From assembly GCA_017610205.1 (NCBI GenBank), contig JAFCCL010000008.1, forward strand, positions 29,932 to 93,931: 64,000 nt of DNA, given 5' to 3'. The position numbers and the translations under genes are program-made. Below the pieces are notes generated by a model, which was not told the DNA's origin, made no database searches, and saw nothing but the letters and a program-made list of their open reading frames with translations. This document shows positions 46,137 through 56,201 of this stretch, piece after piece; position 1 is the first letter of the stretch; each line of letters opens with the position of its first letter. The DNA is from Candidatus Iainarchaeum sp. Lineage in GTDB: Archaea; Iainarchaeota; Iainarchaeia; Iainarchaeales; GCA-2688035.

Positions 46137-47477
46137 TTATTTCTTTTTCACCTCATAGTGTGCTAAAAGGTTTGATTCGCTGTAAAAACGTGTTGCGTTT
46201 GGTGCAAGTCCTGAACCTCGTAAAGCTCTTTCATATAACTTGTAGAGTTTGTGGCCTTCCATTATTTCTATTTGCGCCGGTTTGCTTGGAGCAGTTTTTT
46301 CAAGTTTTTGTAAATATGATTCAAAATTTATTGGCTTTCCACTTTTAATCCGTCTGTCAAACCATTTGTTAAATCTTGTTCTTTCAGCTTGTGGAAAGTT
46401 TAGCAAAGAAACCCATGTTGAAAGCATTTCTCTTACCTGGCTTATTTCTGACCTTGCCTTAAAAGAGCCTCTTCCTTTTGGAATTTCCTGTGAGACAAAT
46501 GCTGTTCCTCTTTCAGCCCTCATAATTTCTCCCTTGTAACTATAAGCTCTGCCGTTGATTGAAACTCTTGCGTTTTTTGGTGCAATTTTTAGTGTTCCTG
46601 CTCTCCAAGCAGGATGACTCCAGTCCCAGAACTTGAATGAACCATCTTGCTTTAGCATATTGTTTACTTGCCTGAAAATAGTTTCTGACTTTGACAAATG
46701 GTGAAGTGAGGCTCCTGCAGTAACAATATCTGCCTTCCCGGTTAAATTTTTGATTGCTCTGCTTTTTTCCACGCCTCCAAAGTTTACTTTAAGCGCTTTA
46801 ACATTCTGACTTGGAACACCTATTTCAGTCAATAACTGTTTTGCTGTTTTCAAGTCCTTTACACTAACATCAATTAAAGTAATTGAAATTTTTTTTCTTT
46901 GATTTGTATTTAATCTTTCAATTATCGGAATTACTGTTTTTCCTGCTCCTGTTCCCAAATCAACAAGTGTTGCTTGTCCATTTTTTGCAATTTTTCTTTT
47001 AAGTTCCGGCGAGATTAATTCTGCATTTTTACTATTTGCAAAATTAATGTTTTTCGTAATGTCTTTTGCCCACTGAGCCATTCTTTGCTTTGTCGTTTGA
47101 ACTCCTTTTTGAGGATATATTCTGACCTTTGGAGCTTTTTTCCACCTTTCTTTTGGCGAAGTAGTCCATTCTTTTTCATATTCTGCTGCAGACCTTTTGT
47201 ACAATGCCTCTTTTATTACAGAACCAGGAATATGTTTTCCGGGCATTGCCTTTCCTAGAGCACTTCTTATCTCTGGCACAAGTTTCCAACCATAGTAACT
47301 TTCTCTTGGAACTTTTGCCTTTGAGCCAAGCATGAAAGAAGGATAGGGTCTTTTTCCTGCAGAGTTAAGTAGGTTATTAACATCCCTGCTTCCTCTTCCC
47401 TTTCCTTTTACAATAGCTTCAAAAACAGCTTTTTTATCGGAAGTGTTTAAGGGCTTTCTTGTATTTCTTTTTCTCAT
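46137..47477 (-). CDS. Class I SAM-dependent methyltransferase with a long basic N-terminus
   Basis: LVDLGTGAG, LIDVS, ADIVTAGASLHHL, MLKQDG. Confidence 0.75.
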   Translation of the reverse strand: MRKRNTRKPLNTSDKKAVFEAIVKGKGRGSRDVNNLLNSAGKRPYPSFMLGSKAKVPRESYYGWKLVPEIRSALGKAMPGKHIPGSVIKEALYKRSAAEYEKEWTTSPKERWKKAPKVRIYPQKGVQTTKQRMAQWAKDITKNINFANSKNAELISPELKRKIAKNGQATLVDLGTGAGKTVIPIIERLNTNQRKKISITLIDVSVKDLKTAKQLLTEIGVPSQNVKALKVNFGGVEKSRAIKNLTGKADIVTAGASLHHLSKSETIFRQVNNMLKQDGSFKFWDWSHPAWRAGTLKIAPKNARVSINGRAYSYKGEIMRAERGTAFVSQEIPKGRGSFKARSEISQVREMLSTWVSLLNFPQAERTRFNKWFDRRIKSGKPINFESYLQKLEKTAPSKPAQIEIMEGHKLYKLYERALRGSGLAPNATRFYSESNLLAHYEVKKK

Positions 47478-47492
47478 TCTACACCAATAATA

Positions 47493-47897
47493 TCATTCAA
47501 CAATTTTGAATTTATACCCGTATGCTATTGGTCCTTCTGGGTCTATGTCGCTAATCTTTCTGAAGACTTTTTCTACCTTTGCTCCAATTTTGACTTTTTC
47601 TTTTTCCGAGTCAACAATTTGTGAGAGAAGCTTTGTCTTGTTTTCCAGTTCAATTATTGCAATGAAGTATGGCACTTCGTTTTCGAATCCTGCTGGTCCG
47701 CTGAATACTTCGGTAAATGAAACAATTTTGCCGTTTTTTGGCATTTTTTGTGCAACAAGCTTTCCTTTTCTTCTGCATTTTGGGCAAACTGTCCTTGCAG
47801 GAAAGTAAGCTGTTTTGCATGTTTCGCAGAAGTTGCCGTCAAGGTCGTATCGTTCACCGAACTTTCTCCAGATTAATGGCAGTGCTCCGTCAGTCAT
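47493..47897 (-). CDS. DUF35 Zn-ribbon/OB-fold scaffold of the thiolase-HMGS complex
   Basis: CETC...FPARTVCPKC, PYFIAIIELE, YGYKF. Confidence 0.92.
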   Translation of the reverse strand: MTDGALPLIWRKFGERYDLDGNFCETCKTAYFPARTVCPKCRRKGKLVAQKMPKNGKIVSFTEVFSGPAGFENEVPYFIAIIELENKTKLLSQIVDSEKEKVKIGAKVEKVFRKISDIDPEGPIAYGYKFKIVE

Positions 47898-49165
47898 TCA
47901 ATCACCTTGTAAACAAATTTATTTCCAATTAAATGCCTTGAAACAAGTCCTTCTTTGGTTAAAGTTAATAACACTTCTCGGACGTGTCTGTCGTTTCTTT
48001 TGCAGAATTTTGATACGTTTTTGACATTAAGTTCGATTTTTTTAATACAAAGTTTTTTCATGAGTGTAATATAGTGGTTTTTTGCTTCGTTCCTTGGAAA
48101 AAATTCTAGCCCTTCAACATATCTATCCAATACTGCCTTTAATTTCGTCTGTTTTCTTTCCAGTCCAAAACCTATTTTGCCATAGAATTTTTGGAGGTTT
48201 TCTTTGCCAGTAACTCTTATTTCCCAGTTTCTGGTTATTTCGCCGTTTTCTTTAATGTTTTTGCCTGCTATGCAAATGCGTGATTTTATTTCAAATTGAT
48301 TTAGAATTTCTTTGAGTTCTAGAAGAATTTTTGGCTCTTTTATTTTTTCATTTAAATTTGTGATTTTTGGCGAAGTAAAGCTAACGCACCTATTACTATG
48401 GTGGTTTGAAACAGTTCCGTCATCATCAAACAGGCGCTGCAGCAGGGAAATTTTTATTTTTTTGTCTTTGGAGTTCAGTAAAATCTTTGGAATTCCAGTA
48501 TTTTGATAGTTTTTGTTTCCGTCCTTTAGTCCGGTTGTTTTAAGAATAATTCCAATAATTTTTGGAAAAATTACGCACGGTGTTCCGCTTATGCTCCTGT
48601 GAAAAGCAAAACTAACTTCTCCAAATGTGTTTCGTGTGGCTTTGATAAAGCTTTCAATCTGTTGCTTTTCATTATTAAAATACCAAACTCGGCACTTTTT
48701 CTTTTCAATGCCTCCGTCTCCAAGTACACCGCCGATGACCAATGCAATGTCTGGTGTTATTTTGAATGGCAATTTTGGATTTTTTATCAACTCTTTTGAT
48801 TTAATTGACCTTAATTCTGTTACGTTTTGTTGAATCATTTTCTCTGAAATTTTAAGTTTTTGTGCGATTTTGATTAGGAAAACCAACGGCATTCCGCTTC
48901 TTTCAACAAAATACCGTCTAGCAGTTTGCCCCCTATTTAAACCAGCAGATTCAGCAATCTTTGAAAAAGAGCCTTTTTCTTTTAGTAGTCTGGAAAAAAT
49001 CTCTTCCCTAAATTCTTTCTTTAGTTTCACCCGCACAGAATCGGCAGGCAAATCAAACAAGCTAATTTTCGCCACTTTGTTTTCCACTCTGACAAATATG
49101 CTTTTTGCAGTTTTAAATGCTTTTGAAAGAGCAGGTTTCCGGTAATCTTTTTGTAAAAATTTCAT
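47894..49165 (-). CDS. Free-standing LAGLIDADG homing endonuclease-like protein
   Basis: IGGVLGDGG and LQRLFDDDG motifs, FYGKIGF; HTH-like N- and C-termini; no intein splice motifs. Confidence 0.8.
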   Translation of the reverse strand: MKFLQKDYRKPALSKAFKTAKSIFVRVENKVAKISLFDLPADSVRVKLKKEFREEIFSRLLKEKGSFSKIAESAGLNRGQTARRYFVERSGMPLVFLIKIAQKLKISEKMIQQNVTELRSIKSKELIKNPKLPFKITPDIALVIGGVLGDGGIEKKKCRVWYFNNEKQQIESFIKATRNTFGEVSFAFHRSISGTPCVIFPKIIGIILKTTGLKDGNKNYQNTGIPKILLNSKDKKIKISLLQRLFDDDGTVSNHHSNRCVSFTSPKITNLNEKIKEPKILLELKEILNQFEIKSRICIAGKNIKENGEITRNWEIRVTGKENLQKFYGKIGFGLERKQTKLKAVLDRYVEGLEFFPRNEAKNHYITLMKKLCIKKIELNVKNVSKFCKRNDRHVREVLLTLTKEGLVSRHLIGNKFVYKVIE

Positions 49166-49174
49166 TTTTTTCAC

Positions 49175-50332
49175 CTATGCCTTGCGCAGTATGTGTACAA
49201 TTGCAGTTGCTCCTGAACCTCCAACATTGTGCGCCATGCCAATTTTTGCGTCTTTAACCTGTCGTTTGTTAGCTTTTCCCATAAGTTGTTCTGTTATTTC
49301 AACAGCTTGTTTTATTCCTGTTGCTCCAACAGGGTGTCCGCATTTCAGGCCGCCTGAAGGATTTACTGGAATTTCTGAGTTAAGTGCGGTTTTTCCTTCT
49401 TCAACGGCTTTTCCGCCTTTGCCTTTTTTAAAGAATTCAAGACCTTCAATTGCCAAAATGTTTGCAATACTAAAACAATCATGTAATTCTACAACATCAA
49501 TGTCTTTTGCTTCAATTCCTGCCTGTTTGTAGGCATCGAGTGCGGCTTTTTTTGTAGCAGCCATTTCTGTAAGCGATTTTCTGCTTGCAAGTGCAAGTGT
49601 ATCAGACGCCTGTGTTGAAGCAATTATTTCAATTGGTTGTTCGCAAATCTTTTTTGCCTTTTCTGTCTCGCATAAAATTACTGCTGCTGCACCATCTGTA
49701 ATGGGTGAACAATCCAATAGCTTTAAAGGTGAAGCAATGTAACTACTTCTCATAACATCTTCAACTGTAATCTCCCTATGAAACTGTGATTTAGGATTAA
49801 GCATTCCATTCTTGTGTGCTTGCACCGAGCACATTGCCATCTGTTCCTCTGTTGTGCCAAACTCTGTCATGTGAGCGCGTGCCATTAGCGCATACAGTGC
49901 TGGAAAGCTTGCTCCGTGGAACAATTCTGTTTCCTGGTCGCCTGCTCCGCCTAAGGCAATTGCTGCCTGTTCAACGCCGACATCGGTCATTTTTTCAACG
50001 CCTCCAACTGCAACCACATCATATTCTCCTGATTTAATTGCCATGTAACCGCTTCTCAAAGCTGTTCCGCCTGACGCGCATGCATTTTCAACTCTTGTAG
50101 CGGCAATTGGGTTGAGTCCAAGCTGGTCTGCTATTAGTGCTCCAATGTGTTCTTGTCCAATAAATCTTCCGGAAGCCATGCTTCCGCCGTACAATGCTTC
50201 AATGTCCTTGCCTTCTACTCCTGCACTTAAAATTGCTTCAATTCCTGCTTCTGCAATAAGTTGCCTAAAGCTTTTTTCCCAGTGCTCTCCGAATTTTGTA
50301 CACCCTATTCCAATTATTGAAACACTTCTCAT
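49175..50332 (-). CDS. Acetyl-CoA acetyltransferase (archaeal thiolase)
   Basis: VENACASGG, CSPITDGAAA, ELHDCF, GHPVGATG, HNVGG. Confidence 0.95.
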   Translation of the reverse strand: MRSVSIIGIGCTKFGEHWEKSFRQLIAEAGIEAILSAGVEGKDIEALYGGSMASGRFIGQEHIGALIADQLGLNPIAATRVENACASGGTALRSGYMAIKSGEYDVVAVGGVEKMTDVGVEQAAIALGGAGDQETELFHGASFPALYALMARAHMTEFGTTEEQMAMCSVQAHKNGMLNPKSQFHREITVEDVMRSSYIASPLKLLDCSPITDGAAAVILCETEKAKKICEQPIEIIASTQASDTLALASRKSLTEMAATKKAALDAYKQAGIEAKDIDVVELHDCFSIANILAIEGLEFFKKGKGGKAVEEGKTALNSEIPVNPSGGLKCGHPVGATGIKQAVEITEQLMGKANKRQVKDAKIGMAHNVGGSGATAIVHILRKA

Positions 50333-50365
50333 TGTTTTTCACCTTTTTTTCCTGCAATTTTTTCC

Positions 50366-51418
50366 TTACAAACTCTTCAATTTTTTTCTGCATTTTACAT
50401 ATTCTGCGTAATCAATGTATTCTTTTTCTTCAAACATTTCAAAAACGCTTTTTTTGTGCCTTTTCTTTTCAATGTTTTCTGTTGCTTCCAAAACAAATGC
50501 GTCAGAGCCTGCTCCGCTTCCATAGCTTACTCCCAAAATCTTTTCCCCTTTTTTTGCCTTGTCAAGCACCGAAGCCAATCCAATCATCATGCTTCCGGAG
50601 TAAGTGTTTCCAATGTGCGGTGTGGTTAACCCTTGTTCAATTTGTTCCATTGAAAATCCAAGCATTTTTGCAACCCTTATTGGAAATTTTCCGTTTGGCT
50701 GGTGGAAGACAGCGTAGTCAAAATCTTTTGGTTCCATTTTTACGCGTTTCATCACTCCCTTTGCTGCTCCAATAACGTGCTTGAAGTAGGCTGGTTCTCC
50801 TGTAAAGCGTCCTGCGTGTCTTGGAAATTCTGCATGCTGTCTTCTCCAAAAATCAGGAGTATCTGTTGTGTAACTGTAAGTATCCAAAATATCTATAAGT
50901 ATTTCTTCCTTTTTCTTTCCCATTATGTAAGCTGCTCCTCCTGAGCCTGCTGTAAACTCCAAAGCATCATTTGGTCTTCCCTGTGCTGTATCTGCTCCAA
51001 TACTCATTCCGTATTCAAGCCATGCTGGAATAGGGCTGTCTACCAGTGCCATGCACATTTGCATTCCTGCTGTTCCTGCCTTGCAGGCAAATTCCAAATC
51101 GGCTGCTGTAAGTTCTGGTGATGCTCCAATTGCGTCTGCTACTATGGAGGCTGTTGGCTTTACTGCGTAAGGGTGTGATTCTGATCCAACGTAAACTGCC
51201 CCAAGTTGTTTTCCTTCAATTCCTGCCTGCTTTACTGCGATTCTTGCGGCTTCAACTGCAATAGTGCATGCGTCTTCGTCATAGGCTGCAACAGCTTTTT
51301 CCCTAACGTTTAGTCCTTTTGAGATTGCCTTGCCGTTTTTTTTCCAAACTCGGGCAATTTCTTCAACTGTTATCCTGTTTTTTGGAATATATACTCCGTA
51401 GCCAATAATTCCTGCCAT
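50366..51418 (-). CDS. Hydroxymethylglutaryl-CoA synthase (archaeal)
   Basis: GSESHPYAVKP, EFACKAGT, FHQPNGKFP, GNTYSG, SYGSGAGSD. Confidence 0.96.
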   Translation of the reverse strand: MAGIIGYGVYIPKNRITVEEIARVWKKNGKAISKGLNVREKAVAAYDEDACTIAVEAARIAVKQAGIEGKQLGAVYVGSESHPYAVKPTASIVADAIGASPELTAADLEFACKAGTAGMQMCMALVDSPIPAWLEYGMSIGADTAQGRPNDALEFTAGSGGAAYIMGKKKEEILIDILDTYSYTTDTPDFWRRQHAEFPRHAGRFTGEPAYFKHVIGAAKGVMKRVKMEPKDFDYAVFHQPNGKFPIRVAKMLGFSMEQIEQGLTTPHIGNTYSGSMMIGLASVLDKAKKGEKILGVSYGSGAGSDAFVLEATENIEKKRHKKSVFEMFEEKEYIDYAEYVKCRKKLKSL

Positions 51419-51464
51419 AAAAAAAATCACTTAATTATTTTTTTCCCTCTATTCCTAAATTTCT

Positions 51465-52769
51465 TCACAATTTTTTTATTCCTTTTCTTGTCCCCTTTAA
51501 GATTTCTTTAGCCCTATCTACTCTTATATTCTTTTCCTCAACCATTTTTGCAGCAATTTCCTCAACTTGTTTTCCTTTTGCGCCTGCCATTACTGCAATA
51601 TTTTTTGCATGCAGTCCCATGTGCCCTCTTTGAATTCCTTCTGTTGCAAGTGCCCGCATTGCTGCAAAGTTTTGTGCAAGTCCAACGCAAGCCATTACTT
51701 CGGCAAGCTCATTTGCGGTTTTTACTCCGATTATTTTTGCGGAAATTTTTGCAACAGGGCTTGTTTTTATTGCTCCGCCAACAAGTCCGACTGCAAGAGG
51801 CAGTTCAATTTCTCCAACAAGGTTTCCTTCTTTGTCTTTGTAGTATTTTGTAAGTGTTGTGTATTTTCCTTTTAATGAAGCAAATGCATGTGCTCCTGCT
51901 TCAAGTGCTCTAAAATCCTGCCCGCATGCTATGGCAACTGCGTCAATTCCGTTCATTATTCCCTTATTGTTTGTACAGGCCCTAAAGACATCGTTGGCTG
52001 CAAAATGGTGTGCTTCAAGAATGTGTTCAATTATTTCTTCTCCTTTAAGATTTCCTTTTCTAAAACTTTGTTCCAGTGCCTTTTTAGTGAATACTGCACT
52101 GGCTTTTACTGTTCTGTAAATTGCCAGGTTTGAAATAATTCTAAGTCTTGCCTTTCCGCCTGAAAGTTTTTCAAGTTCTGAGGCAATTGTTTCGCACATT
52201 GTGTTTACGGCATTTGCTCCCATTGCATCGCGGACATCAACAAGCAAGTGCACTATTACCATTTTTCCTTTTTCTGTGTCAATTGTGTTGGTTTCAATTT
52301 TTCTTGCTCCGCCACCGAATTTTACTAGTATTGGATCGGCTTTGTTTGCCAAATCAATAATTTCCCTTGATTTTTTTTTAATTTCTTTAATTGCCTTTTC
52401 ACAGTCTTTTACATTAACCAATTGTACCTGTCCAATCATTACTGGAGGGCTTGCTTTTGCTTTAAATCCTTTTGTTTCCCTTGCAATTCCTGCTGCCTTG
52501 CTTGCTGCTGCTACAACGCTTGGTTCTTCTACTGCCATTGGAACCAAGTAGTCTTTTCCGTTTATCAAAAAATTGGTTGCAATTCCCAGGGGAAACTGTT
52601 GTGTTCCTATTACGTTTTCAATCATTCTGTCAGAAATTTCAAAGGACATTGCTGCGTATTTTTTCAATTCGGCAACTTCTTCCTTGTCAAGGTTTGCAAA
52701 TTTTTTTATGATTGCAAGTCTTTCCTCAAGGTTTTTTTTGTAAAATCCTGAAATTTTGCTTGTTGCCAT
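51465..52769 (-). CDS. mvaA: HMG-CoA reductase, class II
   Basis: MIENVIG, EEPSVVAA, DAMGAN, NKGIMNG, GIQRGHM. Confidence 0.95.
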   Translation of the reverse strand: MATSKISGFYKKNLEERLAIIKKFANLDKEEVAELKKYAAMSFEISDRMIENVIGTQQFPLGIATNFLINGKDYLVPMAVEEPSVVAAASKAAGIARETKGFKAKASPPVMIGQVQLVNVKDCEKAIKEIKKKSREIIDLANKADPILVKFGGGARKIETNTIDTEKGKMVIVHLLVDVRDAMGANAVNTMCETIASELEKLSGGKARLRIISNLAIYRTVKASAVFTKKALEQSFRKGNLKGEEIIEHILEAHHFAANDVFRACTNNKGIMNGIDAVAIACGQDFRALEAGAHAFASLKGKYTTLTKYYKDKEGNLVGEIELPLAVGLVGGAIKTSPVAKISAKIIGVKTANELAEVMACVGLAQNFAAMRALATEGIQRGHMGLHAKNIAVMAGAKGKQVEEIAAKMVEEKNIRVDRAKEILKGTRKGIKKL

Positions 52770-52777
52770 AATTTATA

Positions 52778-54064
52778 TCACTTCTTTTCATTCAAATATG
52801 TTTCTATTTCACTCGCTGCTTTTTTTGCCGAGGAAATGCTGTGAATAACTGTCTTTTCCTGGTTTGTCAGGTCTCCTGCGGCAAAAACACTCCATAATTC
52901 TGTTTTGTTTCCATTAATTTTTATTTCTTTTCCTTCCAGTTCTGTTCCGTTTGCCACTATTGGGTCGTATTCCTGGCCTATTGCCATAATGCAAATGTCT
53001 GCTTCCAAGTCCTCTGTTTTCTCTGTTTCAACAAACTCTTCGTTGTCAATTTCCATTTTTTTAAACCTGATTTTTTCAAGCTTTTTTTTTCCCAAAAACT
53101 CTTTTGGAACAAGCTGCATTTTGAATTCAATATCTTCCTCCATTGCGTGAAATAATTCTGATTTGTTGCACGGCATAAAAGGCACATTTTTTCTGTATAT
53201 AACAGTAGCCTTGCATCCAAGCCTTCTTAAAACTCTGGCGCAGTCCAGTGCTGTGTTTCCTCCGCCTACTACAACTGCCTTTTTTCCATCGAGCTTTTTT
53301 TCTCCTGTTCCAAATCCTTGCAGAAACTTGTCCCAGTACAAAACTCCTTGCTTTTCAATGCCAGGCAATTCAATCTTTTTGGCTTTCCCTTCCCCTATTG
53401 CCAAAAGCACTGCGTCAAAATCTTTAATCAAAACATTCAACTTTTTTTCAAATCCAATTCGTTCCTTTTTCCTAAACACAATCCCTTTTTCTTTAAGGTC
53501 TTTTACAACCTTTTCAACAGAGTGCCTGTTCAGCCTGTATTCCGGGATTCCCCATCCCAAAATTCCGCCAAGTTTTGGCAGGGCCTCAAACACTTCAACA
53601 TAAAACCCCTTTTTTTTAAGGTCAAGTGCTGCAGCCATTCCTGCAGGTCCGCTTCCCACAATTGCAACCTTTTTTCCATTGGTTTTTTCCTCACTCCAAT
53701 TTGCTTTTCCGTGCTCTGCAACAAATCTCTCCAGTGCCTTTATTGCAATTGCCTGTTTTTTGCTTGCAAGCACACACTGTCCCTCGCATTGGGCTTCTTC
53801 TGCACACACTCTTCCTGTAAAGCAAGGAAACGGGTTTTTTGCCTGAATTATTTCAAGGGCCTTGTCAAAGTTTCCAAGCATTACCTGTTCAATAAATGCC
53901 TTACACCCTACGCCTGCAGGACATCCTTTTTCGCACAATGGCTCCTTGCATTGCAGGCATCGTCCGGCTTCCTTGATTGCCTGCTCTACGCTGTAGCCAA
54001 GCTCTATTTCCTTAAAACTTTTTACTCTTTCCTCTACCGGCAACAAAGGCATTTCTGTTCTCAT
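52778..54064 (-). CDS. GltD/SudA-like Fe-S flavo-oxidoreductase (NAD(P)H)
   Basis: RCLQC...CEKGCP, GRVC...QCEGQC, GSGPAG, GIPEYRL, GGGNTALD, FAAGD. Confidence 0.9.
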   Translation of the reverse strand: MRTEMPLLPVEERVKSFKEIELGYSVEQAIKEAGRCLQCKEPLCEKGCPAGVGCKAFIEQVMLGNFDKALEIIQAKNPFPCFTGRVCAEEAQCEGQCVLASKKQAIAIKALERFVAEHGKANWSEEKTNGKKVAIVGSGPAGMAAALDLKKKGFYVEVFEALPKLGGILGWGIPEYRLNRHSVEKVVKDLKEKGIVFRKKERIGFEKKLNVLIKDFDAVLLAIGEGKAKKIELPGIEKQGVLYWDKFLQGFGTGEKKLDGKKAVVVGGGNTALDCARVLRRLGCKATVIYRKNVPFMPCNKSELFHAMEEDIEFKMQLVPKEFLGKKKLEKIRFKKMEIDNEEFVETEKTEDLEADICIMAIGQEYDPIVANGTELEGKEIKINGNKTELWSVFAAGDLTNQEKTVIHSISSAKKAASEIETYLNEKK

Positions 54065-54262
54065 TAGAATCACTAAATTTGATACAGAATAAGCCCAACA
54101 ACCATATTTAAATGTTTAGGTTATTGTCCAACACTATTTCGTTAATTGACGGATTAATTGGGTTTTCTTCTTCATTTTCTTTTCCCCTCTTTTACGCTTT
54201 TCAAATTATCGAAATTTTTCTTTCAAAACAAATATTTTTAAACAATTGAAGCTTTAATTTAT

Positions 54263-54883
54263 ATGGTTGAGATGGCTGCAAAGAGGCAAATAAGTAGGCG
54301 TAAATTTTTAGGGAAAGCTGCCAAAAATACGGCTATTGTTGGTGGAACTTTTGTCCTTGGAGGCACCGCAAGTGTTTTACTTCGCAAGCGTGCGAAGTCC
54401 AACAGGGTAAAATACCTTGCTGAAAGAAAGGCATTTGGGGTCTCCATTAAAAGCAAGTTGCCCTATCTCAAAAACCATGAAAATTGGATTAATCTTTGTC
54501 AGACCTGCAATTGGATTCCTGAAAAATTGCCTGTTAAAAAAATCCAGCTTCTTGAAGCTGTTCACAACACCACCAACATTTCTATTAAAAAAATTGCTTA
54601 CACAATTGCTGAAAATCCTGATTTTAATACAAAGGGCTGGCAGGCCATGTTAACCGCTCAAAAAAATAATTTAACAAGAGAAATTGCCAATTCTAAAAAG
54701 AGGGGTTTGCCTGGCAGAAATGCAAAGAAGCAACTCCCAATAATTCGTTCTGAGATTGCCAGGATAAACAGGGTTTTAAGCATTTTTAATGAACTGTCAA
54801 GAAACCGTGCTTTGGCAAAAGAGCTTGGAAAAGAGTTTAGTGCAGTTAAAGATGATTTAAAGGCCTTGGCGTTGGAAAAGTAA
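54263..54883 (+). CDS. Hypothetical protein with a twin-arginine-like N-terminus
   Basis: ISRRKFLGK followed by a Gly-rich hydrophobic stretch. Confidence 0.65.
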   Translation: MVEMAAKRQISRRKFLGKAAKNTAIVGGTFVLGGTASVLLRKRAKSNRVKYLAERKAFGVSIKSKLPYLKNHENWINLCQTCNWIPEKLPVKKIQLLEAVHNTTNISIKKIAYTIAENPDFNTKGWQAMLTAQKNNLTREIANSKKRGLPGRNAKKQLPIIRSEIARINRVLSIFNELSRNRALAKELGKEFSAVKDDLKALALEK

Positions 54884-55471
54884 TCAGGCTCTTACTCCCT
54901 GCAATTCTAAATCTTTTTTTAGTTTTTCAAAATTCCTGAACTGGACTGCGTGCATTCCCAATTCCTTTGCTGCTCTAATATTTTCCTGAACGTCGTCTAC
55001 CATAATGCATTCTTCCGGCTCAAGCCCTAGTTTTTTTAGAGTGTGTTCAAAAATTTCTTTGTTTGGCTTTAGCATTCTTGCCCTGTGGCTGTAAACAATT
55101 GTTGGGAAAACTTCTGCAAGCCTTTCACCATATTTTTCTTCATAGCTTAAGTCTGAATTTGACAGTATTGCAACATTGTATCTTTTTCCGAGTTTTTTTG
55201 CAAACGAAAGCAGTTTCTCGTCAATTTCCCAGTTTGCCATCCATGCCTTTATCACCGGCAAAAATTCTCCGTCAAACATTTTTTTTCCAAAAACGCGTTC
55301 AAAGGCCGCTCTTAAGCTGCTTGTTCCAAGGTTTAATTTTTTGTCAAACAATGCTTCTGTTCCGGGTTTTGCTTTTACTCCAAGAATCTTTTCGCTTTTA
55401 TTTTTGAAGGAAGCAAGGTTTCCTTTTAACACAACTCCGCCTAAGTCAAAAATCACTGCTTTTATCACCAA
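54884..55471 (-). CDS. HAD phosphatase (YihX-like)
   Basis: IFDLGGV, ILSN, KPNKEIF, MVDD...ENI. Confidence 0.9.
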   Translation of the reverse strand: MVIKAVIFDLGGVVLKGNLASFKNKSEKILGVKAKPGTEALFDKKLNLGTSSLRAAFERVFGKKMFDGEFLPVIKAWMANWEIDEKLLSFAKKLGKRYNVAILSNSDLSYEEKYGERLAEVFPTIVYSHRARMLKPNKEIFEHTLKKLGLEPEECIMVDDVQENIRAAKELGMHAVQFRNFEKLKKDLELQGVRA

Positions 55472-55505
55472 ATCACCCCGAATTTCTGTTTCCCGAATTT
55501 CTTTT

Positions 55506-56129
55506 CTAGTGCCTTTTTACAGGAGGCATATATTTGTATCTGAAAAAGTCTTTATAAGATTTTAGTTTAATGCTTGCAAGGCTTTGGCCTTCGGCAAACG
55601 CTCTTTGCGTCCTGTACATATTTTCAATCCTTTTGTCTGATTTCATCATCTCCCTAACCATTACTCTTTTTCCTTCAACAGGGTCTGCAATATATATCTT
55701 GTTTCTGTAGAAAAATTTTGTATATGTATGTGTCCCTGCTCTGACAATAAGAGCATTTAATCCAATTGCCCTAAGCGAGGCAGTTACTGCCTGTGCGCAA
55801 TCTGTGCACCCCATTATTGCAGCTCTTCCTGTTTTTGCTGCTTCTTTCCGATTCATGATATAAACTTTTTTTGTATTTATTATGTCTTCAACACTTCTTT
55901 TTGCCCAAAGATCTTTTGCTTCTTTTATTGACAAAGCAACTTTTTTAAATTCAGTTATATTTTTGACAATCTTTCTTGCAAGATTAAGTTTTCCTTTTGC
56001 ATGAAAGCCAGATACATATTCTTGAATTCTTGGAGTTACTCCGACCTGTTTTCTGCCTTCTGGAGAAAGCCTTACAGGCATTCCAAATCCCTTAGCATGT
56101 CTTGGGTAAGTTATTTTTTTTCTTGCCAT
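55506..56129 (-). CDS. Transglutaminase-like protein
   Basis: GCTDCA...HTY...ADP give a Cys-His-Asp triad order. Confidence 0.65.
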   Translation of the reverse strand: MARKKITYPRHAKGFGMPVRLSPEGRKQVGVTPRIQEYVSGFHAKGKLNLARKIVKNITEFKKVALSIKEAKDLWAKRSVEDIINTKKVYIMNRKEAAKTGRAAIMGCTDCAQAVTASLRAIGLNALIVRAGTHTYTKFFYRNKIYIADPVEGKRVMVREMMKSDKRIENMYRTQRAFAEGQSLASIKLKSYKDFFRYKYMPPVKRH

Positions 56130-56201
56130 ATCAAAAGAATTAGTTTTTTGTTGTTTTTAAACATTGTTTTTTTTGTTCAAGTGCCTAATTAAAACAAGAT
56201 T

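Noticed and set aside
53318-54067. 249-aa plus-strand ORF and similar antisense ORFs throughout the track
   Set aside because: These are shadow frames opposite well-supported genes, with F/L/S-rich non-protein-like composition.
54263-54883. Evidence for a working Tat export pathway
   Set aside because: The SRRKFL motif is present, but the h-region is weak and followed by basic residues, and no tat genes are visible in the window.
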